A stretch of DNA of 64,000 nucleotides, taken from contig JBNZDD010013687.1 of assembly GCA_050575255.1 (NCBI GenBank), positions 1,004,373 to 1,068,372 on the forward strand, given 5' to 3'. The translations under genes and the position numbers were made by a program. Shown one piece after another: positions 14,150-25,050 of the stretch. The stretch comes from Harriotta raleighana. Lineage: Eukaryota. Under the pieces are notes generated by a model. It ran no database searches. It saw only the letters and a program-made list of their open reading frames with translations, and was not told the DNA's origin. Every line of letters starts with the position of its first letter. Position 1 is the stretch's first letter.

Positions 14150-14860
14150 GAAAATATAGCAAGGGAGAATGTGAACACCGCTGCTAAATCGTTAACCTGG
14201 GCACTGCATGTAGGTAGTCTTTCTGGAGCCACGTGCTTGTGATGCATTGTGTCAGTATTCCTACATGGGCTGTTTTAATTATGCTCAGCCCCTGGTATAC
14301 TAATCCCGCTCGGTAGGGGGTAGGCACCATCTTCACTCTGATAGGCACACAGGGGAAATCATAAATACCTTAGAAACCTACCATGATGTGAAATCTATCC
14401 GTTGCCGTGGCAACGCAAGACAGGGGCTGCATAATTTCAACATTTTATGACCTCAGTTTATTGGGTGTGAGAAAATATAATGTTGTGGTGCAAGAAGACA
14501 GTGTTCAAGGTTTAACTATGGTCATTTTGAAGGTGCTAAGGAAAACCATGAGGCCTGCAAGGATTTGCTACTGTAGCGCTCCTATCTGCCTGAGTGTGAG
14601 TGCGTGTTTGCAACTATGATGGATAACTGCTGAAACATATCGTCCTTATGGTTGAAATTTAGTGAAATGTCAGATTAATGGGATATATATAAAAAAAACT
14701 ATGGATTAAATTACTTCAAAATGTTATGAGAATTTAATAAGATCCGTACAGCATGGAATGGATGTGCAAACAGAATAAGTACAATTGTGTGGTTTTTTGT
14801 TCAAACCGCAGAGAGATGTTTACTTAACATGGTCTGGCGCCTGTCCGCTTTGTTCAAAAG
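14150..14860. promoter_or_regulatory. Candidate intronic enhancer with RFX X-box and SMAD-type site
   Basis: GTTGCCGTGGCAAC at 14401-14414 (near-perfect RFX palindrome), HOX-type TTTTATGAC and TTTATTGG just downstream, GTCTGGCGCC at 14832-14841. No recognisable repeat. Confidence 0.35.
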
Positions 14861-15459
14861 AATATTAGGGTAAAAAAAAGATTTACCAGCCTTGGTTGGA
14901 GCTCAATGGTGAAAACTAGGAACAAATCAGTTTTACTATCAGTTGAGGTTTATGGTTCTGTTCTGATGAAAAGCTTGCATTTTTGTTCATTAAAATTGTG
15001 GCAAATCTGTTGGCGTCTGTTTTTTAAGCATCTCTGGAGAAAATTGGCATTGCTGACCTTTTGGGTTTGTGTTATGATTACAGTGTGTGATAATATGAGG
15101 CCTGAATACCATCTCTGAAACTTGGCTGGATATAGTCGTATTATACATTCAGATGCATCTGTATATACACATGATGCAATATGTATTGATGTGAAAACAT
15201 TTAAATAGATTTATAGACCTGCAAAGTATTAAGCACTTGCTGTGGGAAGAAATTCCACCGGCCTTTAAATTTATGCTATTTATGAGGCTTTTGAGAACTT
15301 CCAAGAAAATGGCAAATTGTTGAATTCAGTCTTAACTTTGAAGGCATTTTTCTATGATTCTTAAAGGAACCTTCCGTTCAAAATTAAGTTTGTGTTTAAG
15401 AATTTGCCACGAAATGCTGGGTAGATTTAGACCATGGTGCATCTTCCACCAAAGGAGAC

Positions 15460-16025
15460 TGGGAGAAACTTCTTTCTACAGTAAAACCTTGTTTATCAGT
15501 GACCCGATCAACTGGATTGCTCGACCCCCCTCCCGGGGCAATTCCCCATTCCAGGAATCACGAGTTTGCTCACTTTGCGCATCCGTGCAATGCGTGCGCA
15601 TGCGCACTTATTAAATTTACGCACTTGTGTTTTTTACCGATCTTTTTACCGACTGTGCTGGAATGCTTTATTGGTAAGGATCCATACAATATTCTGTTAC
15701 TATGTTGTCTATTATCAACATGGTATGTTTTAAAATAAGTTAATTTTTTCTGTTGGGTTTTTGGCAACTTATCCCCCGTTTATCCGGCACAGTCAATTAG
15801 TCGACCCCCCACCCCCCCCAGAAAGTGCCGGATAAACGAGGTTTTACTGTATTTTCAGATAACACCATGGGATCTTTAGAGTTCACCTGAACAGGCAGGT
15901 GAGACCTTAGATTGATATTTTATCTGCAATACAGCACCTTCAATTATCCAATGGTTTCCTAGCACTGCGATGGAATGTCAGTCTAGACTGTGAATTCAAA
16001 GTCCCATCCCATAACTTCTGAATTG
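15460..16025 (-). mobile_element. Deu-domain (SacSINE/AmnSINE-like) SINE remnant interrupted by the MITE
   Basis: ccatgggatcttt...cacctga...gcaccttc...gcactgc..tggaatgtcag.ctaga pattern, also seen at 33.5, 48.9 and 52.9 kb. Confidence 0.6.
15479..15849. mobile_element. Tc1/mariner (pogo/Tigger-like) MITE, 371 bp
   Basis: TIRs CAGTAAAACCTTGTTTATC / GATAAACGAGGTTTTACTG with a TA target duplication (15477-78, 15850-51). Non-coding; internal sequence shared with the copy at 47232. Confidence 0.9.
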
Positions 16026-16966
16026 TCAGGAAGTAAACGTTTAAAATAAGCATGTAGGGATAAGCCTTGCCCAGGGTATAATGTAATCTTCTGTTAATCC
16101 ATTCTATTCTGCAATGGTGTGCATTGATGTTTCACATTCCCTGCATTACGAGATTTCCATTTTGCGTGGTATCCAGAATCAATCTTTTTGCTCCGGATTG
16201 TCTATTGATCATCTCCTTGGGAAACCCTGAGGTGAGCCCAGCGAAAGCATTTGTTTTCACATTAATAGGGGCAGTGAATGTCAGTAGCCTATTCAGCATT
16301 CGAGTGTGTCGGAGCCGAGCAATTAAAAGTAGGAACCATGACTGATTGCAGAAAGTGTTTTTAAGAGGACACATGAGAGAGAAGTAGAGGTGCATGTGAG
16401 GAGGGATTTAGAATAGATGGTAGCTAATGTGAAATATAACATGGACACAGACCAGTTAGACTGAATGGCATATTAGGTTACTGTATAATTCTATGTAGAT
16501 ATTTGGCACAAAGATGTATGTATAAAATCAATAGCTATACAGTATGAATCATTTACATTGAGTGGTTGAACTAATATCACTGTAATAGGATTTTAAGACA
16601 AGAAATACAAAACTACAAGTAGGTATTTTGTGTAGAGTAAATAATAACATTCATGATGGATTGATTATATTTACAGCCATTATAACAAAAAGTGTGTTTT
16701 CTGTCTCATCTTACAAATATGTTTGTATTGCAATAACCTTGTAAATTGCTAGGTCATTTGTGTGCATAAGGGAATACTGCTGGATTGTCGAGTAGTAATG
16801 AGACGTGTTTTAAATATAGCATGGTTGAGTTTTGGCTGCAGGTTTGATTTCTTTTAGGCTTTTGTTGAACATATTTTAATCATTATTCACGTGGTTCAGA
16901 GCAAACTTGACAAATGATTGTGTTTTGAAAACTAATAGCTATTGGTGAAATCCATATTTTTTCCAG

Positions 16967-17059
16967 AATGTGAGAAAAAAACAAGACTTGTTTGCCAGCA
17001 GTCGCCCGATAAATTACTCCAGCCGTTTAAAGAAAAAATGGAAGCGTTTATTGAAAGTG
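16967..17059 (+). CDS. FMN1: Formin-1 FH2-domain exon
   Basis: ttttttccag|AA...AGTG|gtgagt; 93 nt, phase 1/1. Encodes (E)CEKKTRLVCQQSPDKLLQPFKEKMEAFIES, with conserved VC..SP...LQPFK.K.E.F. Confidence 0.92.
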
Positions 17060-18431
17060 GTGAGTAACATTCTTGTAGCATTTTTATCTCTTACCTCCCT
17101 TAAACCACATTCCTTCATCTCACAATATTAGATTTGGATTAAATCAGACAGATGGTTAGGGCGTCTCCTATATTAGGCTCTGAATTCTCTTTTTAGTTTT
17201 ATCTTGGAATTGGTTCAGTATGATTTTGTTTAATATATTTCCTGCTGAAAAAATTATGTGTGAGCATCAAACTGTGAGGCTTTGTTTATGGTGTTTTAAT
17301 CAAATTCATCTTAACTCATCATTAGCAATCAATTCAAATGCTCTCATTTTAGCTTTTGAAAAAAAATCAATGGAAGCCATAGTATTGCATAATACGGTGG
17401 TGGGGTGGGGGGTGGGGGGGTGGAGAGATTGCCGGTATTATGGTATCCCAAACTACTAAAACTTTGCTCTCATGGTTTACGACGACATCTGAACCCCTTG
17501 ATTAAATTACGGTCTTATTACTCAGTGCAGCCATGCATAATTGTATGTGTAGTTCTGCTCATTGTGGCCGTCAGCCTGCAAAGATATATGATATCGTGTC
17601 TTCAATACCTTGTTTAATCTATACTTCACTGGCTCTAACATGAATCAGCAAAGACTGTAACTCTTAGTACGTAATTGATTGGGCAATTGATTTTCATTCC
17701 TTCTTTACCCAGGAAAATGTTCCTTTGTTTAATGTTGGATTGCTTGTCCAATGTCCTTGTCCAATTGTTCAGCTAGTTCATGTACTGATATTTTTATGTG
17801 AACTAAATGTTGCAAAGCACACCGAATTGATTCCTCCCACCTCTCTCCTCCGCCCCCCGCTCCCTACCACACACACACAAACACACATGAATGTGCCATT
17901 ATACCAACCCAAGTGCTGAAATTGTACTGTTTCCCCATTTTACTAAAATACTAAGTTGTCTAGATCATTAGAAAACTTTTTTTTCACATGAAAGTGGCTG
18001 ATTATGAGTACAGAGTATGTCTTCATTTGCAAAAGAAGAAAGGAGATTAATTTTCCTTGAAAAATACTTCCCACTGACTTTGGTGTTTTTAAAACTTTGT
18101 TTGTAATCCTAAAAATATGGCTTAAATATCATTCAAACCAAAAGTAAAACAAGCAAACTTCAAATACCATAACCACAACAAGTTTCAACAGCGAAATCAG
18201 ATTCGCAGTATTAATCATCCTGATGGGGATTATGGAATCATCACCATGTTGTTTTTGGAGTGTGCACAACCATTTAGTTGCATTCTCGTGTTTCCAAGCA
18301 AATCAATATTATATTCCCTTTTATATTGGGAAGTGAGTCAATGTTTTGGGTCCACAACCCATAGTCACAACTGGAGCACATTGGGAGGGAGAGGCTTTTA
18401 GTTCTTAAATGCCTCTCACTCCCAACATACC

Positions 18432-18560
18432 CCAGTTCTGACCAAGGGTCATGGCCCCGAAAGGTTGATTCTCCATAGATGCTGTCTGACCTGCTGAGTG
18501 TTCAAGCGACTTCTGTTTTTGTTTCAGATTTCAAGCATCTGCAGTATTTTGCATTTTGCC
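18432..18560 (+). mobile_element. Penelope-like terminal repeat fragment with degenerate hammerhead core
   Basis: cagttCTGACCAagggtcatggcccCGAAAggtt...ctgacctgctgagtgtt...ttctgtttttgtttcagatttcaagcatctgcagtattttgc; homologous to the copies at 20.7, 22.1 and 29.7 kb. Confidence 0.7.
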
Positions 18561-20719
18561 TTTTTTATTTGTTTGTTAATTTTGTTGTGTTTATTTAAGT
18601 GTGATTATTAAACCCACTACATGAAAGAATTATTATTTGATATAGTATTATTCAATTTACAGTAGCACAGTGTGTTTAACAACCATTTATTTGAAGTGTT
18701 AATGTTATTAATAAAGTAGTACTTTTGCTGCAAAGGGAACATTTCCCCACCTCCCTTCTAGAAAAGTAATACATAAATCATTGCATGTTATACAAGGTTT
18801 GCTGGATCCACATATCTGAAACCTGAGCCCACTCAGCACTGCACATAATTCCAATCTATTGTGCAAATGCAATTGCAGTTTGTTTACTACAGTCTGTATT
18901 ATCTTGGGAATTAGGAATTTGTGCCTCCATTAGAGGAAATTTGCCATGAATTCTTAGAACAAAGGAGCAAACCATTTATGCTCTGGTCCAACTGTTCCAC
19001 CTATATTAAGGTTTCCTCCATTCAGTGACTTAGCTACTACACTACTACAAGCCAGAGCTGATGCACCAGCAGAAATCAATGCTGATTATTAAGATTACAA
19101 TATTAATACACACAACAAAGCTAGTGTTCCTATCCTTGTAACCAGAGATCCCAATGGCTCAGATACTCACATCACTGCGTAGATTCTGTGTGTTTGTGTG
19201 TGTGGGGAGAGGGGTGGGTGGGGGGGTTAGGGGGCAGTGGGGAGGGAAGGAAGTATAATAGGTCAAACACCACTATGGCATCCTCCAGATGACCATCACT
19301 CCACCTATGACCATCACTCTCATTCTCAGATATGCGAGAAAATATGCACAACACAATACTACAGTATATACATAAAATGTGCCGTATCTCTCTGAGGGTC
19401 AGAGTAGATTGGAGCCGAGAGGTTGAGGCCATATCAAGTAGCAGGCTCAAGCGAGACAACATTAGTTAGTATTTTACACTTGAGCATTTGTCTCAAGTTG
19501 TAACTAGGATGGGATTTAACCCCTCTCTTCCTGCAACTTTTTAAAATTCTTTCTTGGGAGGAGTGTCATGTTGGCAGACATGTTCGCTTGTAATTGCCAA
19601 GCGAAGGTGGTGGTGGGCCTTACTTGTTATTTAGACATGAACTTCTCTGAAATATCTTAATTGCTAAGCAGTTTTGTAAACCATATGCTTAAAATGGTAC
19701 ATGGGCACTATAAAGAATTGGTGCAAGAATTTCATTTCTTTTTTAAAAATGGGCTAAATTAGTTTACCGTGGCATTTGCAACTCTGTGTGTGCTTTTTGG
19801 CTTCTCGTGACAATCTAACTGTGTTTGGAATGATTTACACAACCTCTCATTCAACACTTTTCACAGGGGGTGAGAATTCGAGGGTTGCTCATATTTCTAG
19901 TTTTAATTGACTCATTGTTCTTTCTTTTACTCACCCTGATGTTTCTGAGAATAAACATATGTTTTCTGTTGAGGTGAGATTTTGTCCGGCCTTTGGATTT
20001 ACCAACCTTATTGTAAGGCTGCACTGATCATTAATGCTTTCCATTCTATCCAAAAAAGAGAAAGTGAGCTTGTATCGAATCTGGTTTGAATTTGTTCAGC
20101 ATTTACGCAAACAAATTGTGCAATGGCCATCTCAGCACTTGGAAAGGAAAAACAACTTGATCGTGCTAGAAGACATTCATAGAATCTGCATCCTTGAACT
20201 ATTCCAAGAGAATAATTTCCATGATCAGACAGTTGAGGACACACTTTACAATAGCCTTTCCCATTTAATTGAAATCATATGTTTTGCATTTCCAGCAGTG
20301 GTTTATATGGGATGTTTTATAGATCTTCCTTGCCACTGCTGGAACTACTTTACTACATTTTGATCAAACCTCCTACTCCCTCTTTCCATTACAGTAGTTA
20401 AAGTCCTCGGAGTATGCTTATCAGCCGGAGTATCGTCAATTTTTTCCCCATTGCAACTGTCACCTTCCAACCTCCTCCTATTTATCTTGTTCCTGTTGGG
20501 AGTCTATCTTGTTAAAATGGGGTATCTCTCCCAGCTTGTATTTCACCTTTTCATTAACTCCTAGCTTTTCTGTTTGTGTCTCCCCTCTCATTATCCTGTC
20601 CTGCTTCTTCTGGTACAAAGTGTGGTGCCCTGATGTGAAGAACAGCCCACACAAACGCAAGTTGAACCTAATGTTCCACGGGGCTCTCAAGGATATCATT
20701 ACCAACCTAATGTGAGGTA

Positions 20720-20816
20720 TAAACACAGAAGTCGCTGGGAACATGCAGCAGGTCAGACAGCATCCATGGAGAGAGGAAAATTAGTTAACGTTTCAGGTCA
20801 ATGACCATTCGTGAGG
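20720..20816 (-). mobile_element. Penelope-like terminal repeat fragment with near-intact hammerhead core
   Basis: Reverse strand: CTCACGA-ATGGTCATTGACCT-GAAACGTTAACT followed by ...gatgctgtctgacctgctg. Confidence 0.7.
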
Positions 20817-22065
20817 TGAACCGCCTCACAACTGTGAGAAAGGACAATTGTGTAAGATTTTTAAAAATCACCCCTAAATATGAAAATACAGACTTATAGA
20901 ACATTTATTGATAGGATAAATGCACTATGCATTCTGTGGAACTGTGATAGATTCAGTCACATTTTGTGTGCTTTTCAATAAATGTCTGGATTTTTTTTTA
21001 GACATCTTCAGAGCATTCTGTTGTTTCTCATATTTGGAGAGATGAAAATCTCCTTACTAATAAATGTATGAATACATCCTTTGAGTAGACTTTTTGCTCA
21101 TAAATTGATTGTCAGTTACAATCTTGCCCCCAAATATGTTTACTTTCTTCATGCTCAATAGACATCTATGGGACTGAATGGATTGCTCTTTCAAAGATCT
21201 GGCACAAAAGCGATGGGCCAAATGGTCTTCTTTTATGCTATTAATTTCTAATTCGTACCCCATTCAGCTGTGACACTTTTAGAAATGTAGAAAGTTAGCC
21301 TTCTGACCTCCCACCGCACCCTTCAGGGAAAGGTCTCTCTTTGATATTTTTCAGTGCTATAGGTAGGATTCAATTATTTGTGTGAAGAATATTGGGATCA
21401 ACCTCACATTTTATTACACTTCCAGCACAAGTTATTGGCAAGGTTTCCTCTCTTGATCGCTATCCAGTGACGTCTGCTGGAAGAGGCAGATTGGATCTCT
21501 TTTCCAGCCATCGGACATCCATCACCACAATGCCTGAGTAACTGAGACTTTCAGCAAAGAGCATGTCCTTCATCTCAAAGCACAAGGTTCAGAGGTTTAT
21601 ACCAAGGGTCATATTGTGCTTCTTTCCCTAGGGTGACCTTTTTTTAAGAGAGGTTTTCATAGTCTGAACTGGAGAGATGCTGCCAAACACCAGAATGGGT
21701 TCTATTGCTGCTGCTTTGTAGCATCCTTCTCATCCTACCAAATGAAAAAAAGAACAAGTTATTTCAGAATTAGCAGTTCATAATGTCACCCAGCTATCAA
21801 GCCAGCAATTTTCATAGATACATACAAGCATTCAATCTGAGAGCTGCCTATTTCCCCTCAAATCCATTAGGAATGAGGTGCTGCTTAAACATTTGTAGCT
21901 GGATGCATCAACAGCCAGGAAGAGATTTGGTCCAGGAGTTTATACAAGGATAGTTGAGAGATAAGGCATTATTACTATGAGTTAGGAAGGAACACTGAAA
22001 TCCTAGCACCTGACACGATAGAAAATATCTCCTCAGAGTGAATCTCCTCGGAGCAACAATACTAT

Positions 22066-22168
22066 TCTAAAACCAAAACAGAAATCATTGGGATCACTCA
22101 GCAGGTCAGGCATCATCTGTGGAGAAAGGAAAAGTGAGCCAATGTGTCACGACCTTTCGTCAGAACTG
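22066..22168 (-). mobile_element. Penelope-like terminal repeat fragment
   Basis: Reverse strand: cagttCTGACGAaaggtcgtgac..., with the GAAAC half lost; the rest is homologous to the other copies. Confidence 0.7.
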
Positions 22169-22510
22169 AATATTTTTCTAAAGGTTAATATCAAATGCAA
22201 GGATTATTATTACAGTGTATTATTCTGCAATTGGAATATGTACAAAAAAGTAACCCTACTGGCACCAAGGATAAATCTACTTAACTCAGACGCATAATAA
22301 TAATACACTGGGGTGGATATTTTGTTCCAATCCTTGGTTTATCCAGTAAGTCTCTGTTTTAGTCCAGAATTGTGATCCAAAAATAGTATACACACCTAAA
22401 AGTTAATATCAAGCAGTATATTTGCTGGACAGAAGCATACTTTTATAATTTAGAATTACCTGTCACTGATTCTCAGGGAGTCTATCGGAAATCCGTTAGG
22501 ATAGAGCTAA

Positions 22511-22772
22511 TCATAGAATCATAGAAGTTTATGGCACAAAAGGAGGCCATTCGGCCCATCTAGTCTGTGCGGACTCTTTGAAAAGAGCAACTCAATCCCA
22601 CTGCCCAGCTTTCTCCCCATAACTTACCAGACCCATTCTCCCTAAATAAAGATCTAATTCTCTTTTAAAAGCTGCTATCGAATCGGCCTCCATCACTTTT
22701 TCAGGCAATGCATTCCAGATTGAACAACCCACTGAGTGAAAACATTTCTCCTCAGCTCCCCTCGTTTTGAAA
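22511..22772 (-). mobile_element. CR1 LINE 3' end, young copy
   Basis: Nearly identical to 31058-31330. Terminal (CATAGAAT)n on the + strand corresponds to the CR1 ATTCTATG octamer; ORF remnant IWNALPEKVMEADSIAAFKRELDLYL. Confidence 0.88.
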
Positions 22773-23024
22773 CGAAATCCTGAATCATTTTCTATTCTAC
22801 TGTCCCAATGAAATGCAAAACAATATATCTTATGTCTCATACCCGAGATGCCTTGGAGATGTCTTGAAATCAGACACAGAGCCTCATTCAGTTCATCAAT
22901 TCATTTCTTACTCAGGCCATCTAGGACCAGTGCCTTGGAATGTCCCCCCGACATAAAAGGCACTCTATAAACGGAATTGTTGTACAAGTCTATCAAGGGT
23001 TTTTCATTGATCCATTATTGATCA

Positions 23025-23235
23025 ATCCAGAAAAGATTCACCAGGATGTTGCCTGGAATGAGGGCATACAATTATAGGGAAAGGCTTGATAAACTGGAGT
23101 TTTTTTCCTTTGGAGATCAGAAGACTGAGCGGAGATATGATAGAAGTACATAAAATAGTAGGAATCTTAGTTAGGCTAAGATTATTTCCAATATGCATGG
23201 CATCTACAACTAGAGGGTATAAAACTAGAAGGTCT
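23025..23235 (+). mobile_element. Degenerate CR1 ORF2 fragment
   Basis: QKRFTRMLPGMRAYNYRERLDKL.FF.LE.RRL.GDMIEVHKI pattern. Confidence 0.75.
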
Positions 23236-24659
23236 ACAATGGAGATGAGACGCCGTCCGGTGTGGAGGGCGCTATATAAATTGAAGTTGTTGTTGTTGTA
23301 GACAATTTATTTATTTTTACACACAGTGGTAGGAGTGGTAGTCGTGTGGAAATCTCTGCCACAGTCATTTGTTGGAACAGCAACCTGCAAAAAAAGCCTG
23401 GGCAAATGGTTAAGAGAGAATAAAGTTGAGGGAAATGAGGATAAAGCCAGGATGTGGGACTAGGACACTCTTGTGGAGTGTAAACTCCAGCCAGAATGAA
23501 TGGCTTGATTTGAAGTTGTACCATCGATGAATCTATAATAGATTTGCCAGAGGGAAAAATTTACAGTAACCAATATTCCTAAAGTAATCAAATGCATTTT
23601 TGACTGTCTATCCAACCCCACATCTTCACAATTCAAATCCCTCCCCACTCAACAACATTCTGACAGTGCAGTAATGAGCTCTGCGGAAAATGATTTGGGA
23701 TATCTTAATTAATTGTGAGAAAACAGGTGAAAATATTATTCTCAACAAAGAATAAGCCACAACAATATTATTCTTGTGGTGCTGTGCATTCACACCTGTT
23801 TTCTTTTACACCTGTTTTAAATAACTATTTGACTGTACTTCAGGTTGAGCTTGTGTACCTGATTCCGAGCTCAGTGGGCAAAAATGAATTATGTTGCTGT
23901 TTTAGAAGGTCTCAAGAGACCCACTGTTGTCTGCGTTGTGGATCTCCATCACGCCAGGAACTGCCTGGTGTAACGCTGGCACGCAACCCAAAGGCATATT
24001 TCAACTCCACCCAATTGCAAAAACATAAATATCATCAGCAATGCCCCAGCGCTCTGGTAAGCTTTTTCCAGGTCACGAAGTTGTTTTGTAGTTTTTCTTT
24101 TATTTCAAGAGTTCGACTCCAGAGCTCATAACCCAAGTTGAAAAGAACTGACTGAAGGTGGACAGAAGAAAGCAAAAAGGCAAGTCCATGCCCAGCTTTC
24201 AGGTAGTGGAGACATTCAAATTAGGGAAACTGCTTAATGCTATACAAGCAGTCTGGAGCTTGTACATTTGGTAAATCTTGAGCGCTCATTAAACATCAGG
24301 TAACTAAAGCTGCAACTGATATTACTTTGACCTATATGCTGCCCTGTGGAGTCTTCATCTCGAAATGGCACAGTATAATGGGGTTTAACTAAAGGATATG
24401 TTTAGTCCCCAATTTCCTTTCCATACCTCTGCTGAAAATTGTAATTCATGCTTAACTATGGCTCCACAGGCGTCAGCACTCCTCGTTTCTCGGTGTGTAA
24501 GCCTGGATAATGTCAGCAGACTATTGGACTGCGAGTATGTTTGCCACCCAGCCAGCTTCTCACCAGCACAGGGGCTAACAACCGCAAAGCGAGTCAAAGG
24601 TGTGGGGTGTGGTTAGGAGGTGGGGGGGATGATCAAATTAGGCAAATAAAAAAGGGACT

Positions 24660-25050
24660 CAGTACGTCTGATTGAGGAAGTCTGACTGAGGGGAGGCAGC
24701 AGCAATGGTCAGAGGAAGGTGACCTTGTCTTGCCCTGGCTTTGCTTGTATCCGCCGGCACCATTCCCACTCTTTCCTGTCTCCAAGGCTGTTTTTTTTCA
24801 TTCCAGCAAGTAGTAGATATAGTGGTGGGGGTATTGTTGCAGTTGAACCCAATCCTGTCCACACGTGCGCAGGTCCAGCAAGGGTCAGTGGGCAGTAATC
24901 AAGGCTGGGACACAGAGGTCAACTGTAGGTCTTTCACCTCTGCCCTGGCTCATATTGACTAACTCAGCACAGGCAAAAGACCAGGCTTAGAAATGTCTTC
25001 ATCCGTCTATCTTAGGATCCCACCTACTGCTGTATTTATCTACTGAGCCT
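24660..25050 (-). mobile_element. Old degenerate SINE-like repeat
   Basis: Head-like GGCTCAGTAG on the reverse strand. Its internal ggacaggattggg.tc.a/gctg segment recurs at 29.9 kb and 45.6 kb, and ta.cca.tgac.c.tgctgga at 21.46 kb. Confidence 0.45.

Noticed and set aside
17395-17425. G-run tracts (also at 19200-19250 and 45265-45310) as G-quadruplexes
   Set aside because: Low-complexity GGGT/GGGG runs are common in vertebrate introns and nothing here supports a function.
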